Origin: Mobula hypostoma
Lineage: Eukaryota
Direction of reading: 5' to 3'
Assembly (NCBI RefSeq): GCF_963921235.1
Contig: NC_086109.1
Span: 24,118,001 to 24,182,000, forward strand
Length of the DNA: 64,000 bases
The first letter of the stretch is position 1. Each line of letters opens with the position of its first letter. Below, one piece after another: positions 1 to 12,320 of this stretch. The position numbers were made by a program, and so were the translations under genes. The notes under the pieces are model-generated. The model made no database searches, was not told the DNA's origin, and was given only the letters and a program-made list of their open reading frames with translations.

Positions 1-605
1 GGATGTAATGCCGAGGCTTTATAAGAAATTAGCCAGACCACGTTTGGAGCAATGTGAGCCGTTTATGGCCCATATCAAAGAAAGGATGTGCTGGCATTGG
101 AGAGCGTGCAGCGGAGGTTCACACGAGTAATCCTAGGAACGAGCATTTGATCGCTGTGTGTCTGTACTCAATGGAGTTTAGAAGAATGGTGGGGTGGGGG
201 GGGGGAAATCTCATTGAAACGCATAGAATATTGAAAGGACTCGATTCAGAGGGCATGAAGAAGACACTTCAGATAATAGGGGAGTTTAGGCCTAGAGGGC
301 ATAGCCTCAGAATAGAAGAACATCTCTTTAGAACAAAGATGAAGAAGAATTTCTTTAACCAGAATGTGTTGGACTATGGAATTCATTGCCACAGACAGCT
401 GTGGAGGCCAAGTCATTGGGTATACTTAAGGTGGAGTTTGATCGGTTCTTGATTAGTAAGGGCATCAAAAGTTACAGGGAGAAGGCAGGAGTATGGGATT
501 GAAGGGGATAATAAATCAGCCATGACGGAATGGCAAAGCAGACTCGATGGGCCGAAAAACTTAATTGTGCTCCTCTGTCTCATGGACTTACAATGATATG
601 GTCTC
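1..605 (+). mobile_element. CR1 LINE 3' end
   Basis: Degenerate RT C-terminus (DVMPRLYK..RPRLE; NLIETHRILKGLD; RGHSLRI) and a 3' UTR matching 56150-56725. Confidence 0.85.
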
Positions 606-2410
606 ATAAGGACAACTTCCAATTATTACTACCCCTTTAAATGTGTTGAAACTTTCTAATGTGCTTCATAGGTGCGTGACCAACTTAAACTCTAAATCAA
701 TCAAAACTGACACCCTAAGCCATGTAAATTGCTGGAATCAAAACTGAAAATGCTGGAGAAACTTAAGAAATCAGGCAGTATCAGTGGAAGGAGAAACAGT
801 TTATATTTTATCAGATCCTTAATCAAAACTCTGAAGCATTACTTGTATTGCCCCTTGTACCACCACAATGCAATGTTATAATGAAATGATCTGTATGACA
901 GGCGAGCAAAGTAAAGTGTTTCACTGTATTTTGAAACCCAGTATTTTGAATCACAAACCAATTTACCAGTTTCTTTTTCCACAGGTGCTCCCTGACTTCT
1001 TAAGTCTTTCCAACATTTTCTGTTTTGATTTCATATTTCCAGCATCTGCAGGTTTTTTCTTATTTTCATTTAAGTAGATATTGGATCAACGCTTGTTCAA
1101 AGATGTGGGCATTATGCAGAATCCTCGAGGAGGAGAAGGAGGGATGAAGGAAAGAATTCCCGAGTTAAGGACTATTCCAGCTGAGGGCATAGTGGACAAT
1201 TACGGAGCAATTAAAATCAGAACCAAGCAAAACAAAAAAAGCAAAATTGGACGAAGTTCTCTAAGTGTTGATTTGTACAGGGAATAATATGACATTTGAC
1301 AGCCAGGAAAGGCTTCGGAGGAAGGGTCAACAATACCCTTCTTCATCTTTCTTTTGACTGATCTAAAGAGAGGACATTTATTGAAAAAAGATAGGAATTT
1401 CCTGTGGAGATTGTAACATAAGCAATGAGACTTGAGGTTGATGCCATCTCATGACAGAACTGGCCATCTACTGAACATCTACTTTGCTTCTTTCTTAGGT
1501 GATCTATTACCCTAATCCAGGGCAAAGTGGAGCGGAAAATCTTGCCTGCCTCGGCATTTCACTCTCCCAACCATCCACCTACTTGTCTTTTTCTCCAGTC
1601 TTATGTTTTATTAAAAGAAAAACAAGATTTCACCAGGGAAAGAAAGATAAGCAGAAGAGGAAAATACGAGTGGGAGGGTAAAAAAAGATCCCATTAAACT
1701 AAAACATTGAAAAAAAAGTGTTTGTTCAAAGTTTAAACATAAGAAAGAAACAGTTCATATTTCCCTGGTTCTGACCTAACTAAAACAAACAATCTGGTAT
1801 TCAGGGCCTGAGCTGTGCAGTACTGAGCAGAGAGTAGATTAATAAAAACATGGCCCTTGTAAAACGAAGGGTTCTGTGCTGTCAAGTTGCTATTTTCAGA
1901 GTTCACTCAGCCTTATCAGGCTCTGTACACTGGGATTACTTGTTGACAGCTCACAGACAAATGAATGCCTTGTGTTCGATCTGTGCCCAAGGTATGGAAA
2001 GTTCAAATAGAAAATGCAACAACTCCCTTTCCACTGCATTAAAGAACTTCAAATTATTTGTTTCATAGATCTTTTGGTTATTGAAAAGTAAGCATTTTTC
2101 TTGGAAATCACTTTAAGTTTTTACTTAAATGATATACAAATGCATCCCTCCCCTTTGCTCTATGTGCACAGAATTCCATTTCTGAAACAACCTGACAAGT
2201 GGCCGTACTTTCCACCAATCCCATCATCCACCACGTCATAGATTCTACCCATCAATTTAATTTCTTGCACAGGTTGCTACATCATAGATTTAACTGGCCC
2301 ATTCAATTTCCTACCACAATGTTGGGGTTACTCGATCCACTTCATCTACAGAAAAAAAAGACTATGAACTTTCTCTGATTCCTAAAGATAATTCAGATTT
2401 TAGAGTGTCT

Positions 2411-2692
2411 GGGGTGCCTCGGTAGTATAGTGGTTAGTATCACGCTTTATAGTACCAGCGACCCAGGTTCAATTCCTACTGCTGTCTGAAAAGAGTTTGT
2501 ACTTTCTCCCCAGGACCGCACGGGTTTCCTCTGGGTGCTCCAGTTTCCTCCCACAGTCCAAAGTCCTAGCAGTTGGTAGGTTAATTGGCATTTGTAAATT
2601 GTCCTGTGGTTAGGTTAGGATTAAATTGGGGTGGTGCAGCTCTAAGGGCTGGAAAGGCCCATTCCATCCTGTGTCTCAAACAATCAATAAAT
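2411..2692 (+). mobile_element. tRNA-derived V-SINE
   Basis: A/B boxes (tagtatagtgg, ggttcaattcc) and the V domain gggtttcctctgggtgctccagtttcctcccaca. Confidence 0.85.
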
Positions 2693-3654
2693 AAGGGAAA
2701 GATTCTTTGTGCTTTGTGATGATATTGAAAGCATTCACGTGCCACCCTGTGTGATCCTGGCACTGTGTGCTAGAAACGGTGAGGAGTGCCCCAATTAAAA
2801 GCAGACTGAGGGAGAAGAAGAGTTCCAGAATGATTGTAAAGAGAGGGGCTCCAAAGTGACAGTGCAGAGGCATTCCACAACAAAGTGCCATTTCAGAAGG
2901 GTGTGACATTTCTTATCGAACTGCACTGCGAGGCAGGTGAGGAGTTTTGCAGTGAAGAGCAGCGCCAAGGGAGAGGGTGGGTGAGATGATACACATTGAA
3001 GAGCAGAATGGGGAGACAAGATATTCCACAATGAGAAGGTAAGGTGAAATGTTGGGGCGCGGGGCACGCTGAAGAGCAGAGTGAGAGAGGGGAGGGCTTC
3101 CTCACAGAAGAATGGTGTGAGGGGGCCCACATACTGAGAAGCAGATTGAGGGGATAAGGGTTCAGACATTGAAGAGCAGAGTAAGTGGATTGAAGTAGTG
3201 AGGTGTTCTACGGTAAGGAACAGGGTGAGTAGGTCGCAGGGTTACACAATAAAGAGCAGAATGAGAAAGGTAATACATTCCATACCGGAGTTCAAAGCAA
3301 AGAGGCTAGACGAAGACCTTGCACATGAAGAAAAGATGGAGAGAAAGAAATATAACAGGTTTTAACTTCAGTGAAGCTGTCATAATTTCAGTACAGAGTG
3401 GAAGGGGTGGTGCTTGTAAAGTGTTAGATAATTGTGGCATTCCTTACTACTATCAGACTTCTGAACCAATCTCCTCTTTCACACCCCCGTCCAGGTGATG
3501 TTGCCGCGGTCTCAGACTCTCGAATTCTATCTTTCTCGGTTATTTTGTTATTACCATTTCAGCATTTCTATTTTCACTCCTTCAGTTTGCACAGTCTCTG
3601 CAGCATTCTGTTGTTTTGCTTCTTCGCTGCATATGCTACTGTAGTTGCTGTATA

Positions 3655-4520
3655 TAAAGTTGAAAGTTCAAAGTAAAATTATTACCGAAGTGCATATATG
3701 CCACCATATACGAACCTGAGATCCATTTTCTTGTGGGCATATTCAACAAAGCCATAATAGAATAATAACCATAATAGCATCAATGAAAGATTGCACCAAC
3801 TTGAATGTTTAACCAGTGTGCAAAAGACAACAAACAGTGCAAATATGAAAAAAAACAATAAATATTGAGAACATAAGATAACAACACTTTGAAAGTGAGT
3901 GCACATACTGTGGGAACATCTCAATGTTGGGGCAAGTGAAACCGACTAAAGTTATCCCCTTTGGTTGGAGAGCCTGATGGTTGGGGAGTAATAACTGTTC
4001 CTGAACCTGGTGGTATGAGTGCTGAGGCTCCTGTACCTTCTTCCTGATGGCAGTAGAGAGATACTGAATATAAAGCAAATGATTTCATTGCATCCTGGTA
4101 TATATGGCACGAATCTGAATCTGGAAGAGTTAATGGATTTGAGATGAGCATACACCAAAAACATAAAAGAGAACCAGAATGGTTCTAGCTGAAGGGAATT
4201 AGGGGTAGGAGGTAATGGATATCTGATAAGGCTAGAATAGAACCTCTGAGCGGTTGTCAGAATTACAGAATCAGGTTTATTATCACTGACATATGTTGTG
4301 AAATTTGTTGTTTTGTGGCGGCAGCTCAGTGCAATATATACAAATTACTTTAAGTTACAGTATGAAGTATAAAAATAAGTAAGTCATGCAAAAAAGCAGC
4401 AAAACTTAAGGTAGTGCTCATGGGTTCATGGTTGATTCAGAAATCTGATGGCGGATAGGAAGAAGCTGTTTCTAAAGCACTGAGTGTGCATTTTCACTCC
4501 TGTAGATCCTCACTGATGGT
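3655..4520 (-). mobile_element. Two Rex1/Babar-type 3' fragments
   Basis: LLPSGRRYRSLSTHTTRFRNSY (ORF 3952-4164); 3' UTR homologous to 35400-35827. Confidence 0.8.
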
Positions 4521-4560
4521 TCTCTTAAATATGTCCGGTCCTTACCATTAATGAGTTACG

Positions 4561-4641
4561 GTAGGGGTTCCCACCATTTTCTATGCCAGGGACCAATACC
4601 ATTAAGCAAGGGTTCTGTGGATCCCAAGTTGGGAACCCTTG
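4561..4641. mobile_element. ~80-bp MITE with hAT-like TIRs
   Basis: taggggttccca.. and ..ttgggaacccttg are imperfect inverted repeats; no clear TSD. Confidence 0.5.
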
Positions 4642-5102
4642 GATTAGGGGATGACTGGGAAATGAGGAAGGAGAGCACAGATTGGAATTCTTGGCAAAAC
4701 CTCAAGTCCCAGAAGTGACATCAGACCTACCCACACTCTCAACATCCATCAGATCTGTATGACGGAATAGTTACTGATATTAACTACATAGACACATAGA
4801 GCAGTTATAACTCAGCACAGACCCAAAACATCATAACGAAGAAGCGGTGGTAAATTGTTACCAAAAAGAAACTTGCTGATGCCAGTGGTCTCATTTCAGG
4901 AGACCTTAGTAAAAATAGGCTGTTTGTTTGCGGAGGAATCAATATGGACTAAAAACAGAAAATACTTGAAATAATCAGTGGGCCCAGCAGTATCTGCAGA
5001 GAGGAACAGGGCTAATTTTTGGTAACAGACAGAAAATGCTGGAGGAGCCCAGCAGGTCAGGCTACATCTGTGGAAACAAATGAACAGTCCCCATGTACAC
5101 CA

Positions 5103-5395
5103 GTGTGGCATGTGGCCAAGTGGTTAGGGCGTTGGGCTCACAATCTGAAGGTCGTGGGTTCAAGTCTCGGCCAAGGCAGTGTGTTGCGTCTTTGAGCAAG
5201 GCACTTAATCAGACACTTCTCCAGTCTACCCAGCTGAAAATGGGTACCGGCAAATTCTGGGGGTTAACCTCGCGATAGACTGGCGTCCTGTTCGGTTGGC
5301 GGGGGGGGGTAGTCTCGTACTCTCAGTCGCTTCAAGCCACAGAAATCGGCATAAGCACCGGCCTGATGGGCCACGAGGCTCAGGACAGACTTTAA
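5103..5395 (+). mobile_element. tRNA-derived SINE (non-V family)
   Basis: tRNA-like head (tggccaagtggttag..ggttcaagtc), cttgagcaaggcacttaa block and cccagctgaaaatgggtacc core. Confidence 0.8.
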
Positions 5396-6919
5396 AGTAC
5401 GCCTGCAGAAAAATAATCTCAGGGTTGTATGTGGTGACATGTATGGACTCTGACAGTAATTTAACTTTGAACAGTCAATGTTATGGGCCTACACCTTTCT
5501 TCAGGACTGAGAAGGAAAGGGGAAGACACCAGAGTAAGTGGGTGGAGGGGGGAGGGGAAGGTGGCTAGTTGGAAGGTGATAGGTGAAGCCAGACGGGTGA
5601 GAAAGGTCAAGGCAATGAATAAGAAATCTGATACGAGAGAAGAGTGAACCATAGGAAAAAGGAAAGGAGGAAGGGATTAATTCTTTCCAACTAATGCCCC
5701 TTCGTCAGAACTAGGAGGCATTAGAAATAAGTGTTTGCTCAGATTTTTATATAAACTGCCCTTACAGAAAGAGGCTAGAGTAAAAACAATCTGGATATTC
5801 AGAAATCACCTTTTGGAGTTGCCTCTCATTTCTGCACTCTCCTCTTTCCCAGGAACTCCCTTGTGTTGTGCTTACGAGGTGTGGCATCCACACCACTTGG
5901 TTAAATATTCCCTAATTACAGCACCACTTTGCTGCTGGTGTTGGGATTCACATGCATAATTCAGGAAGATGCAGCGGCTGCTTAATTCTTCAAAAGGCCT
6001 CTTTAATTGATAATCCCCTATGAATCCATCTCAAGATTTTGTAGGGAATAGCTTTCAGGATTGCAGTGGCTGACCTTGAATAAAAAAGACTTCTGACAAT
6101 CTGCCAGCACAGTCCAAACTGTGCCCCGGAAGAAAAACCTCCAATTATGATTGGAATTCATTCTATTTCTGCAAAGAAATGTCCCTCCCCCTACAATTGT
6201 CCAGCAGTCAATTCAGACAACTCAGTACATCACTAAGGTGTACAAAACTCTTCTAACTTTAATGCTCTGCTCTGAGTTGTTGAGATGGTATAGTGTTCAA
6301 TCAAACATAAATCTTTGCAATGTAATGGGCCAGAAAGGTAAAATACTGCAAAACAAAATGGTGTTTGCCCTGAGCTTGCTGGATCAGAAAATAGATCTGA
6401 GATTCCCTGGGATGAAACTGCATGATGCTACAGTTTGGTCATCTGATAGTGACACTGGTTTCCCAGATCCATTCTTCTGCTCCACCTGGTCTATAAGCAA
6501 GACCCATTTATTTTCCAAGTACAAGTTTATTTTCCCAAGTACAAGCTTGTTGTCTTTCAACTGTACACATAGATACAGGAAAACAAAATGACCTTCCTTG
6601 GGACCAAGTTGCAAAATTCAGTTTATTTATCACATACAGCACATAAAATAATATTAACACAATAGTATTAGCAGCTAATAAAAAATCTGTAGGTATACAA
6701 GTTGACATTAATTGCATTTATGACATTTAGTTAAATATACAACAGTATAATACTGCTGACACTGTCATAAATATTGCGCACGGTTGGTAGCAGGGCGTTC
6801 AGAAGTCTCACAGACATATTATTTTAAAGAAAAGCCTATCTTTTCCTGTTTCTTCATTAAGGCTTTTGTGTTCAATTATTTCTTCCTATTGAGATTAACT
6901 AATTCTAAGTAAATAGGGG

Positions 6920-7310
6920 TTTAGAGTTAGGAACGTAGAAGATTGAGAGGAGATTTGATGGAGGTATACAAAATTATGAGGGGTATAGATAGAATAAATC
7001 TATACTTATCTATATAAAAGGCTTTTTTTCCACTGAGGTTTGGTTGGGACTACAACCAGAGGGTTAAGGGTGAAAGGTGCAAAGTTTAAGGGGAACATGA
7101 GGGGCAACTTCTTCACTCAGAAGGTCATGAAAGTGTGGAATGAGCTGCCAGCACAAGTGGTGCATGCAAACTCAATTTTTCTGCTTAAGAGGAGTTTGGA
7201 TAGGTACATGGATGGTAGGGGCATGGAGGTCTATGGTCCCGGTGCAGGTTGATAGAAGTAGGAAGCTTAAATGGCTCAGCACTGACTTGATGGACCTGTT
7301 TCTGACTCTA
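6920..7310 (+). mobile_element. CR1 LINE 3' end
   Basis: RRLRGDLMEVYKIMRG..RGNFFTQKVMKVWNELP..LDRYMD. Confidence 0.85.
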
Positions 7311-7337
7311 TAACAATGTCTTCACTTTTTCTCAGTG

Positions 7338-7880
7338 GGCCAGGCAGCATCTACAGAAAAGAGTAAAGAGCCGATGTTTTGGACTGAGATCCTTCATCAG
7401 GACTGGTAAAAAAGATGAGTTCAGAGTCAGAAGGTGGGGAGAGGGGAGGAAGAATTACAAAGTGGTAGATGGTAGGTGAAACTGGGAGTGAGGGAGGAGG
7501 GGTGAATTAAAGAGTTGGGAAGTTGACTGGTGGAAGAGAAAAAAGGGCAGGAGAAGGGGGAGTCTGATAGGAGAGGATCACAGAGCGTGGAAAAAGAAGA
7601 GGAGGAGCACCAGAGGGAGGTGATGACAGGTGAGAGGAGGAAACAGGAATGGGAATGGTGCAGGAGTGTGGGGCGAGGCAAATGCTGGAAGTTCAAGAAA
7701 TTGATGTTCATTCCATCAACTTTAAAAAGTAACAGATAAATACTCTGTTAATAAAAGAGATCTGCAGATGCTGGAAATCCACAACACACAACAAAATGCT
7801 GGAGGAAATCAGCAAGTCAGGCATCATCTATGGAGGGGAATAAACAGTTGACTTTTTGGTCCGAGACCCTTCAATAGAAT
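7338..7880 (-). mobile_element. Penelope-like 3' fragments
   Basis: End of the GIY-YIG ORF (GMNINFLNF), UTR, degenerate hammerhead 7369-7405, and a second terminal repeat 7755-7875. Confidence 0.75.
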
Positions 7881-7939
7881 TAATATTTTGTTAGGTTGCC
7901 TTTGATACTACTGGTCTGAGACTGAAGACTGGGCTAATG

Positions 7940-8125
7940 TGTTCACAGGGAATTTCCCTGCTTGTCTTTCACTTGGAGCTGTGGGATCGTTGATGGTCAA
8001 ATGTAAGCACAGACAGGACTTTCATGCCTCATCTGAAAGACGATGCATCCAACAGCACAGGAGTTGTCTTGGCACTGGAATTATTAGCGCAGGTTACATA
8101 CTCAAGTGTCATGCGTGGGATAATA
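7940..8125 (-). mobile_element. Ancient DeuSINE (SacSINE1/AmnSINE1-like) core remnant
   Basis: gggatc..cagacag..ctcatctgaaagacg..gcactggaa..ctcaagtgtc resembles the Deu domain in reverse. A similar remnant lies at ~48460-48580. Confidence 0.5.
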
Positions 8126-8325
8126 TTTATCACTCGGCAACATCGTGAAAGCACACTAGTTAGTTATTACTTTACTCCTGTTTGTGGGATATTATGTATG
8201 TAGAATGCTGCCCTACATCACAACAGTGACAGCATGTCCAAAGTACCTGATGGTGCGGTAGTTCAAATAGCTTGCAAAACTTACTAAATAAATGCAGATC
8301 TTCAATGACTTCTTTATAAAATGGC

Positions 8326-8745
8326 ATAGAAACATAGAAAACCTGCAGCACAATCAAGGCCCTTCAGCCCACAAAGCTCTGCCGAACATGTCCTTACCTT
8401 AAAAATTACCTAGTAGCCCTCTATTTTTCTGAGCTCCATGTACCTATCCAGGAGTCTCTCAAAAGACCCTATTGTATCCGCCTTCACCAACATTGCCGGC
8501 AGCCCATTCCACGCACTCACCACCCTCAGCGTAAAAAAATTACCCCTGACATCTCCTCTGTACCTACTTCCAAGCACATTAAAACTGTGCCCTCTCATGT
8601 TAACCATTTCAGCCCTGGGAAAAAGCCTCTGACTATCCACACGATCAATGCCTCTCATCATCTAATACACCTCTATCAGGTTACCTCTCATCCTTCGTCG
8701 CTCCAAGGAGAAAAGACCTAGTTCACTCAACCTGTTCTCGTAAGG
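8326..8745 (-). mobile_element. CR1 LINE 3' end
   Basis: ORF 8410-8661 (MRGIDRVDSQRLFP..FFTLRVVSAWNGLP) and a (ttctatgt)n tail. Confidence 0.88.
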
Positions 8746-8951
8746 ATTCTCATGCTCATGTGGCAACTCTTCACTTCCTCTGCATTGAAACTAACTTGCT
8801 TTTTATACTCTTTCCCAGTTCTAACCAAATGTCTCAGACCTGAAACTATATTTCTCTTTCCACAGATGCTGCCCGAACATTTCTTTTGAGGAAATGTTGA
8901 GCGAGCTAGGACTTTTCTTACTGGAGCAAAGGAGGATGAGAGGCAACTTGA

Positions 8952-9560
8952 TTTAGATTAGATTATGAGGACACTCAGTCCTCGTTTATTGTCATTTAGA
9001 AATGCATGCATTAAAAAATGATACAATGTTCCTCCGGTATGATATTACTGAAGCACAAGACAGACCGAGACTAAAACTGACAAAAACCACATAATTATAA
9101 CATATAGTTACAACAGTGCAAAGCAATACCATAATTTGATAAGAGCAGACCATGGGCATGGTAAAAAAAAAGTCTCAAAGTCCCGATAGCCCCAACATCT
9201 CACGCAGACGGTTGAAGGAAGAAACTCTTCCTGCCATGAGCTTCCTGCGCCGCAAACTTGCCGATGCAGCATCCTGGAAGCACCCGACCACAGTCCGACT
9301 CTGAGTCTGTCCGAAAACTTCAAGCCTCCGACCTGCTCTCTGACACCGAGCACCGAGCACCATCTCTGCCGAGCGCTTCGACCCCGACCCCGGCTGCCAA
9401 GCAACAGGCAAAACTGAGGATTCGGGGCCTTCCCCTCCAGAGATTTCGGATCACACAGTAGCAGCGGCAGCAAAGGAGGCATTTCGGAAGTTTCACCAGA
9501 TGTTCCTACATGCTCTCACGTCTGTCTCCATCAAATCAGAATTGTGCACGGCCTCCTACT
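8952..9560 (-). mobile_element. Second copy of the 59555-60190 element
   Basis: The spurious ORFs 9108-9482 and 59567-60034 align (LPLLLCD..LIKL.YCFALL). Confidence 0.8.
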
Positions 9561-9950
9561 TGATAGAGGTGTATGAGATGATAAGACCAAGTGGACACCT
9601 CTTTTTTTCCCAGGGCAGCAATGGTAATACAAGAGGACATACTTTTATTTATTTAGTAATTTATTAAGATAAAGCACAGAATACTCCATTCTGGCTCTTT
9701 GAGCTGCGCCAACCAGCAACCCCCAATTTAACCCGAGCCTAGTCACGGGACAAATTACAATGAGCAGTTAACCTCCAAACTGGTACAGTGAGAGGAAATT
9801 GGAGACTGGAGGAAACTCGCATGGTCATAGGGAGAACGTACAAACTCCTTGCAGTGTTGGGGAATGATTCCAGATCACTGGTACTGTAACGCATTATGCT
9901 AACCACTAGGCTAGCATTCTGCATGTGTAAGATGACTGAAGGAAAGTTTA

Positions 9951-10171
9951 CACGGGGAATTCTGCAGATGCTGGAAATTCACGCAACACACATCAAAGTT
10001 GCTGGTGAACGCAGCAGGCCGGGCAGCATCTCTAGGAAGAGGTACAGTCCTTGTTTCGGGCCGAGATCCTTAGTCCTGACGAAGGGTCTCGGCCCGAAAT
10101 GTCGACTGTACCTCTTCCTATAGATGCTGCCCGGCCTGCTGCGTTCACCAGCAACTTTGATGTGTGTTGCG
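9951..10171. mobile_element. Fold-back (inverted) Penelope-terminal element with 14-bp target-site duplication
   Basis: Arms 9978-10071 and 10082-10175 are near-perfect reverse complements. Direct repeat tgaaggaaagttta at 9937-9950 and 10172-10185. Confidence 0.85.
10071..10108 (+). ncRNA. Minimal type I hammerhead ribozyme motif inside a fold-back element
   Basis: Identical to the 32153 copy (tagtcCTGACGAagggtctcggcccGAAAtGTCgactg). Predicted cleavage after C10103. Confidence 0.7.
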
Positions 10172-11939
10172 TGAAGGAAAGTTTATGTAGTTTTTCTTAC
10201 ACAGTGAGCGATAGGTGACGGAACATACTGCTGAGGGTGGTGGTAGAGGCCAATTTAAGAGGGATGTTTAAGAGCTTCTTAGATAGGAACATGGATGAAA
10301 TAAAAATAGAGGATTATTGTGTAGGAGGAAAAGGTTAGGTAGATCTTGCATTACTCTGAAAGGTCGGCACAACATCGTGGGCTGAAGGTCCCACACTGAG
10401 CTATACTGTTCTGTGTTCTCTGTTCTGTGACCTACTGAATACTTCCAGCATTTTTGCTTTTTTATTTCTGGTTTCTAGCATTCTGTTTTGATTTTCATTG
10501 GGAATCTTTGCTATTTTGCCATGACTGTAGCTTTCATATCTACACCTTTCTGGTCTTTAAACAAAGCCCTGGCTGTTTGACTAATACAGGTGTCCATTGA
10601 ACAACCTCCTCCTTTTGCCAGAACAGTTGACGCACAGGGTTCATTCCCCTGGTCACACAATAATAGCCACTTGCTACAGGCTCTTGGAGCCCCAAAACCA
10701 ACTTCCAATAACATCTATGCAGTTCAACCTATTGATTATAGAATGATAGATCAGTTCAATTCTGTACTACAAGCCAACCATTTTAAATGGATTGACCAGT
10801 ATACACACCTGGATATTAGGACCTAGCATTTCGAATTCAAACCAACAAAAGGCATTTCTCAACAATTTGGCACAATATCAGTGCAGAGAGCAACAAAAGC
10901 AGCAGGGAATATCCAATAGGTGGGCGTGAATCTTTAGTTTCAGTGGGCATCTCTTAGATTTTCATTAGTATTTTGCAAAATCAAATATTTTCAGTTATTA
11001 AAACACTCAAGAAACTCTCAATGAATCTAATTCAATAATAATAACAATTACTGGCTAGTTTAGTCTTTAACTTGATTATTTCGCTGTCAAAATATTAATT
11101 TCCTTTCAAGCAATTGTGAGCATTATATTTAACTACATTTCCAACCACAAATTTGCCCTTTGGCATTTTACCTTATTCTCATATCACTGGTCAGAGCACC
11201 CCAAAAACTAATGGAATTGGTCAACAATCTGCATAAGCAATTACAAAGATGGGAGCAGCATTTTTAAAAGAAATTACTGAGGATGAAAATTCTGCATCTA
11301 ATGCTGGCACATAGATTTATTGATGAAAAAAGTCATTTTTCATGTAGGTTTCAGCTCTTAATTGGATAAATCTTAAAATTTCATTTCCTACCCACAGTAT
11401 AGACTTACTATAAAGCAAAATACACACTGTCATTGAGTTATATCTATGCCTAACTTCTGAACACCTCTACATATAAATGACCTGCCATAATAACATGCAG
11501 TTTAAAAATCAGAAATACGTACAATACTATAAATGACAGAACTAGTTTCCTCTCTCCACTTTAAGTAAGTGTTTATTCTTATCACTCTTATGTGCTTTTG
11601 ATGCCATTCAGTACAATACTGTGGAGGTATGGTGACCATATTGTATGTTTTTTGTGCATTTTCTGAACTTAAGGACAAAATCAATTTACAGACATCTGGA
11701 AAAACTGGACTTACTTGTTTGTTGGGCATGGCCCGCAGAAGCAATGGCTTGAGCAAGGGCAGATACTCTGTACGGAACCCACAGCTTGCATCCCTACACG
11801 TCGGCCAGCAATAAGACGGCCTGGAAAGCTCACAAATTATTGAATAGGTGCTGGAAGTCAGAAACTGTTAGGCTATTGTTACAAACACAAAATATATTGG
11901 AAATATGTGACAGGTCCCATTAGGAATCCTCTAAAAGGA

Positions 11940-12320
11940 CCACAACTTTGTTGTGGTTTGGAGGCTTGCGTACCTCAGTGACCTGGAGAGCTCTGTTGGC
12001 TGGAGTCAGGGCTTTATGCTTTGGCTCTTGGTAGGGTCATCAATGCCAAACAGGTCAAAGGATAGAGGCCAGACTAAGAGCGGTCCACCAGTCCTCCAGG
12101 TTCGGGGGTTCAGCTCACAACTATGACTGGTAAAAAAAATTGTTACAGGAACAGCAATGAAGTGTCCTTCTACATCTGAGTGCGATGGTATTCCTGAGTC
12201 TCCATCCAGGACTTGCATGATTGACAGTAGAGAAAGCTGAGAGCAAGCCTTGGACATGGTGAAGGAAGCCCTGCACACTGCCGGAGATGGAGAACCATAA
12301 ACGTCAGCGGCAGAACAGGC
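11940..12320 (+). mobile_element. RTE-type 5'-leader-derived element; further copies at ~60190-60580 and a relative at ~12770-13370
   Basis: ggaggcttgcgtacctcagtgac..gagct..ggtagggtca..caaacaggtc..cagactaagagcggtccac resembles RTE/Expander/BovB 5' ends. Confidence 0.65.

Noticed and set aside
2940-3270. Recurring gaagagcaga motif with variable spacers, superficially CRISPR-like
   Set aside because: Eukaryotic context, short degenerate repeat, irregular spacing and no cas genes; an old minisatellite.
5103-5176. Possible tRNA gene
   Set aside because: Poor acceptor stem and no poly-T terminator; it runs straight into a SINE body. The same applies to ~23325-23397 and the V-SINE heads.
6384-6614. 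ORF ending SCSFIPGNLRSIF as a terminal exon of a known gene
   Set aside because: No recognisable homologue; only an acceptor at 6490 supports it.
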